Assembly: GCA_039714275.1 (NCBI GenBank)
Contig: JBDLJO010000002.1
Location: forward strand, 1-58,946
Length of the DNA stretch: 58,946 nt
Source: Chloroflexota bacterium
Lineage (GTDB): Bacteria > Chloroflexota > Anaerolineae > Anaerolineales > UBA11858
Reading direction: 5' to 3'
Position 1 is the stretch's first letter. Each line of letters opens with the position of its first letter. The notes beneath the pieces are model-generated. The model saw only the letters and a list, made by a program, of their open reading frames with translations, ran no database searches and was not told where the DNA came from. The translations under genes and the position numbers were made by a program. Positions 56,681 to 58,946 of this stretch are shown one piece after another.

Positions 56681-58946
56681 TTAGCACTCGCTAAAACCAC
56701 AAGCATAGCATTTTCTGCAGCCCTCTTCATTCACGAAGGCAGCCTGACCACAATCGGGGCAAAGATCACCGATCCGATAAGTTTCTGAGGGACGCTCAAC
56801 GAGGTCAACATCTGACAGGGGACTTTCTTGTTGAGGGTTGGAATCGATATTATCCTGGGCGTTGTCTTGGTTGTATTTGGCTAAGTAAGCATCTAAGGCC
56901 TGGGAAACACCATCGGGCAAAGACCGGACCCGATTGGGGCCAAATCCAAGTGAGCGACCCCCACCAATACCCTCCAACTGGCGCACAATTTCACGCATGC
57001 GCTCACGCGGTTCAACCGGGGAGGCTAAACGCAGCACATAGGAAAGCAAACGGCCAATGGCTTCAGAAACCGCGGCCGTATCGGAACCCGCTTTGGCTGT
57101 ATTAATAAAAATCTCAAAAGGTTGGCGCTCCCCATTTTCATTTATGGTGACAAAAGCCTTGCCCAACGGGGTAGTCACGCTAAAGGTGTGTCCTTCAAGA
57201 AGGCGCGGGCGTGGTTTTTTCTTCATCTGCCAGAGATGCATATCATCCACAAGCGACTCTACGGAAACATCTTTTTCTCCGGCCGTAGCCTTAGTCTCAA
57301 GAACAACTTGTTCACGGGAGCCAGCTACATAAACTGTGATACCCTTGCATCCCAATTCCCAAGCCAGCAAATAGGCATCCGCGACATCTTGGGGAATAGC
57401 TTGCGATGGGAAGTTGATTGTTTTTGAAAGGCTGTTGTCAACAAATGCCTGCAAGGCACCCTGCATACGGACATGCTCTTCAGCGGTAATATCATGCGAA
57501 ACAAGGAAAACATCACGAATTGAAGCCGGGAGATTTTCCAAATGCTGGCAAGTGCCATGCTCTAAAACCTGGTTAACGACACCTTGACGCGTTTTTTCAT
57601 CTAGACCAGCCTCCATGAGAGCGTGCTCAAAAAGTGGGCTAGTATAAGATAATTCCAGATCCTTACCATTATCATTAACGTGACGAGTGTAAGCCAGTGC
57701 AAAGACAGGTTCACAGCCATAACCTTCACAACCAGCAACGGTAGCTATGGTACCGGTGGGCGCAATCGTGGTTTGGGCAGCGTTGCGGATACCGTGCTGC
57801 TTAAGTCCATTTGTGATCAAATCCCAGTCCAAAGATGGCCGCCCGTAATCACGACGATAAGGAGAAATCGGTTGGGGCGGCTGCCAAATCAAGTTCTCAG
57901 GATCGTAGATGCTGCCTGTAATGGCAGGGAAAGGACCACGCTGGCGTGCAAGCACAATACTGGCGTGCATAACGTGGTAGCGCACAAATTCCATGACCTG
58001 GGAGGCAAATTCCTGTCCGGCACTAGAACCGTAACCAACACCATTGTGATACATCAGATCACCCAGTCCCATAATTCCCAGCCCAATCCGTCTAGCTCGA
58101 AGAGCTGATTCTTCCAATGCTGGTACAGCCGGCACATAGGCGTTGGCATCTACTACATTATCCAAGAAATGAGTGGCACCTACGATGGTCTTTTCTAAGG
58201 TATCCCAATCAACAGCACCATCTGATGTGGTGTGTTGGGCCAAATTAATAGAACCCAGGCAACAGTTTTCATATGGGCCTAACCACTGCTCGCCGCAGGG
58301 GTTGGTTGCTTCTAATTCATAGAGATGCGGAACAGGGTTACCGCGGTTGGCGGCATCGTGGAAAAGGATACCGGGTTCCCCATTATGATGCGACTGCGTA
58401 ACGATATTATCGAAAAGATCTCGAGCCCGCAGCTCAGCATAAACTAAAATTGGAATGCCAGCAGCCTCAGCTTGTTCTAATGTGCCGTCAAAACCTCGGT
58501 AAGCCGGGTGGTTAACATCGGGGAAGCGCAATTGCCAAGTAGTATCATCCCGAACAGCTTCCATAAATGCATCAGTAATGCTGACGGAGATATTGAAATT
58601 GGTAATAGCGTGTTCATCTACTTTCGAGGTGATAAATGATTCAATATCGGGGTGATCCACTCGCAAAACTGCCATATTGGCACCGCGCCTGGTACCACCC
58701 TGGGCAATCTCTCCAAAAGCGGAATCATAAACCTGCAGGAATCCAACCGGACCGGTAGCTTTCCCGGCTGAGGAATTAATCACTGTACCCTGCGGACGCA
58801 GGCGAGAAAAGGAAAAGCCATTCCCGCCGCCAGTTTGTTGTATGAGAGCCGCGTTACGTAATGTTTGGAAAATGCCATCATGAGCACGGCCCATATCATC
58901 GCTGAGGGGCAGCACAAAACAGGCAGCTAACTGGCCTAGTGGGGTA
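56681..58946 (-). CDS. nrdJ: Class II (adenosylcobalamin-dependent) ribonucleoside reductase; the 5' end lies outside the window
   Basis: The reading frame stays open to the window edge ([18 protein letters not shown]...). Active-site region [31 protein letters not shown], and a C-terminal CPDCG...CRKCYACG zinc ribbon. Confidence 0.85.
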   Translation of the reverse strand, partial: TPLGQLAACFVLPLSDDMGRAHDGIFQTLRNAALIQQTGGGNGFSFSRLRPQGTVINSSAGKATGPVGFLQVYDSAFGEIAQGGTRRGANMAVLRVDHPDIESFITSKVDEHAITNFNISVSITDAFMEAVRDDTTWQLRFPDVNHPAYRGFDGTLEQAEAAGIPILVYAELRARDLFDNIVTQSHHNGEPGILFHDAANRGNPVPHLYELEATNPCGEQWLGPYENCCLGSINLAQHTTSDGAVDWDTLEKTIVGATHFLDNVVDANAYVPAVPALEESALRARRIGLGIMGLGDLMYHNGVGYGSSAGQEFASQVMEFVRYHVMHASIVLARQRGPFPAITGSIYDPENLIWQPPQPISPYRRDYGRPSLDWDLITNGLKQHGIRNAAQTTIAPTGTIATVAGCEGYGCEPVFALAYTRHVNDNGKDLELSYTSPLFEHALMEAGLDEKTRQGVVNQVLEHGTCQHLENLPASIRDVFLVSHDITAEEHVRMQGALQAFVDNSLSKTINFPSQAIPQDVADAYLLAWELGCKGITVYVAGSREQVVLETKATAGEKDVSVESLVDDMHLWQMKKKPRPRLLEGHTFSVTTPLGKAFVTINENGERQPFEIFINTAKAGSDTAAVSEAIGRLLSYVLRLASPVEPRERMREIVRQLEGIGGGRSLGFGPNRVRSLPDGVSQALDAYLAKYNQDNAQDNIDSNPQQESPLSDVDLVERPSETYRIGDLCPDCGQAAFVNEEGCRKCYACGFSEC

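Noticed and set aside
56681-58946. I looked for an intein or a cobalamin riboswitch associated with the class II RNR.
   Set aside because: The visible 755 codons read as a continuous RNR with no Cys/Ser...HN splice-junction insert. The 5' UTR, where a riboswitch would sit, lies outside the window and cannot be assessed.

Overview
This is a 58.9-kb, gene-dense chromosomal window with about 50 protein genes and 3 tRNAs. I recognise no rRNA, CRISPR array, transposase, integrase or phage genes. The gene content suggests a Chloroflexota (Anaerolineae-like) bacterium: Chlor_Arch_YYY/DUF2298 membrane proteins, mevalonate kinase plus isopentenyl-phosphate kinase, and many GT-C-type polytopic proteins. 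This taxonomic call is an inference from content, not a search result. Positions 1-26798 form one uninterrupted minus-strand array: rpoC (5' part), an orphan sensor kinase, two PlsC-type acyltransferases, cmk, a 15-kb block of giant membrane proteins plus GT4, epimerase and a flippase-like gene, lepA, an MFS transporter and tlyA. The rest of the window holds the following, in order: (1) a plus-strand isoprenoid operon (UbiA/DPPR-synthase-like, mevalonate kinase, YhhN, isopentenyl-phosphate kinase); (2) a sigma-less partner-switching module (membrane PP2C phosphatase, RsbW-like kinase, STAS protein); (3) a solitary dynamin-like GTPase; (4) a dGTPase-like gene and greA; (5) an orphan two-TM protein; (6) topA with an extra N-terminal zinc ribbon; (7) a GDP-mannose pyrophosphorylase and dprA; (8) rimM-KH-rpsP-ffh; (9) tRNA-Ser/Ser/Arg; (10) a geranylgeranyl-reductase-family gene, surE and an IMPase; (11) a triple-FHA ABC exporter translationally coupled to a secreted beta-sandwich protein; (12) an ArsR/thioredoxin-like/permease operon with a perfect 20-bp operator palindrome; (13) a class II ribonucleotide reductase whose 5' end lies off the window. 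The best candidate for an undescribed system is the 7915-22869 block. It carries four consecutive GT-C-like membrane proteins with five modules, two of them YYY/DUF2298 modules of unknown function, plus donor-preparation genes. The nearby polyprenyl-phosphate and GDP-mannose supply genes may feed it. The second-best candidate is the triple-FHA ABC transporter and its partner protein.
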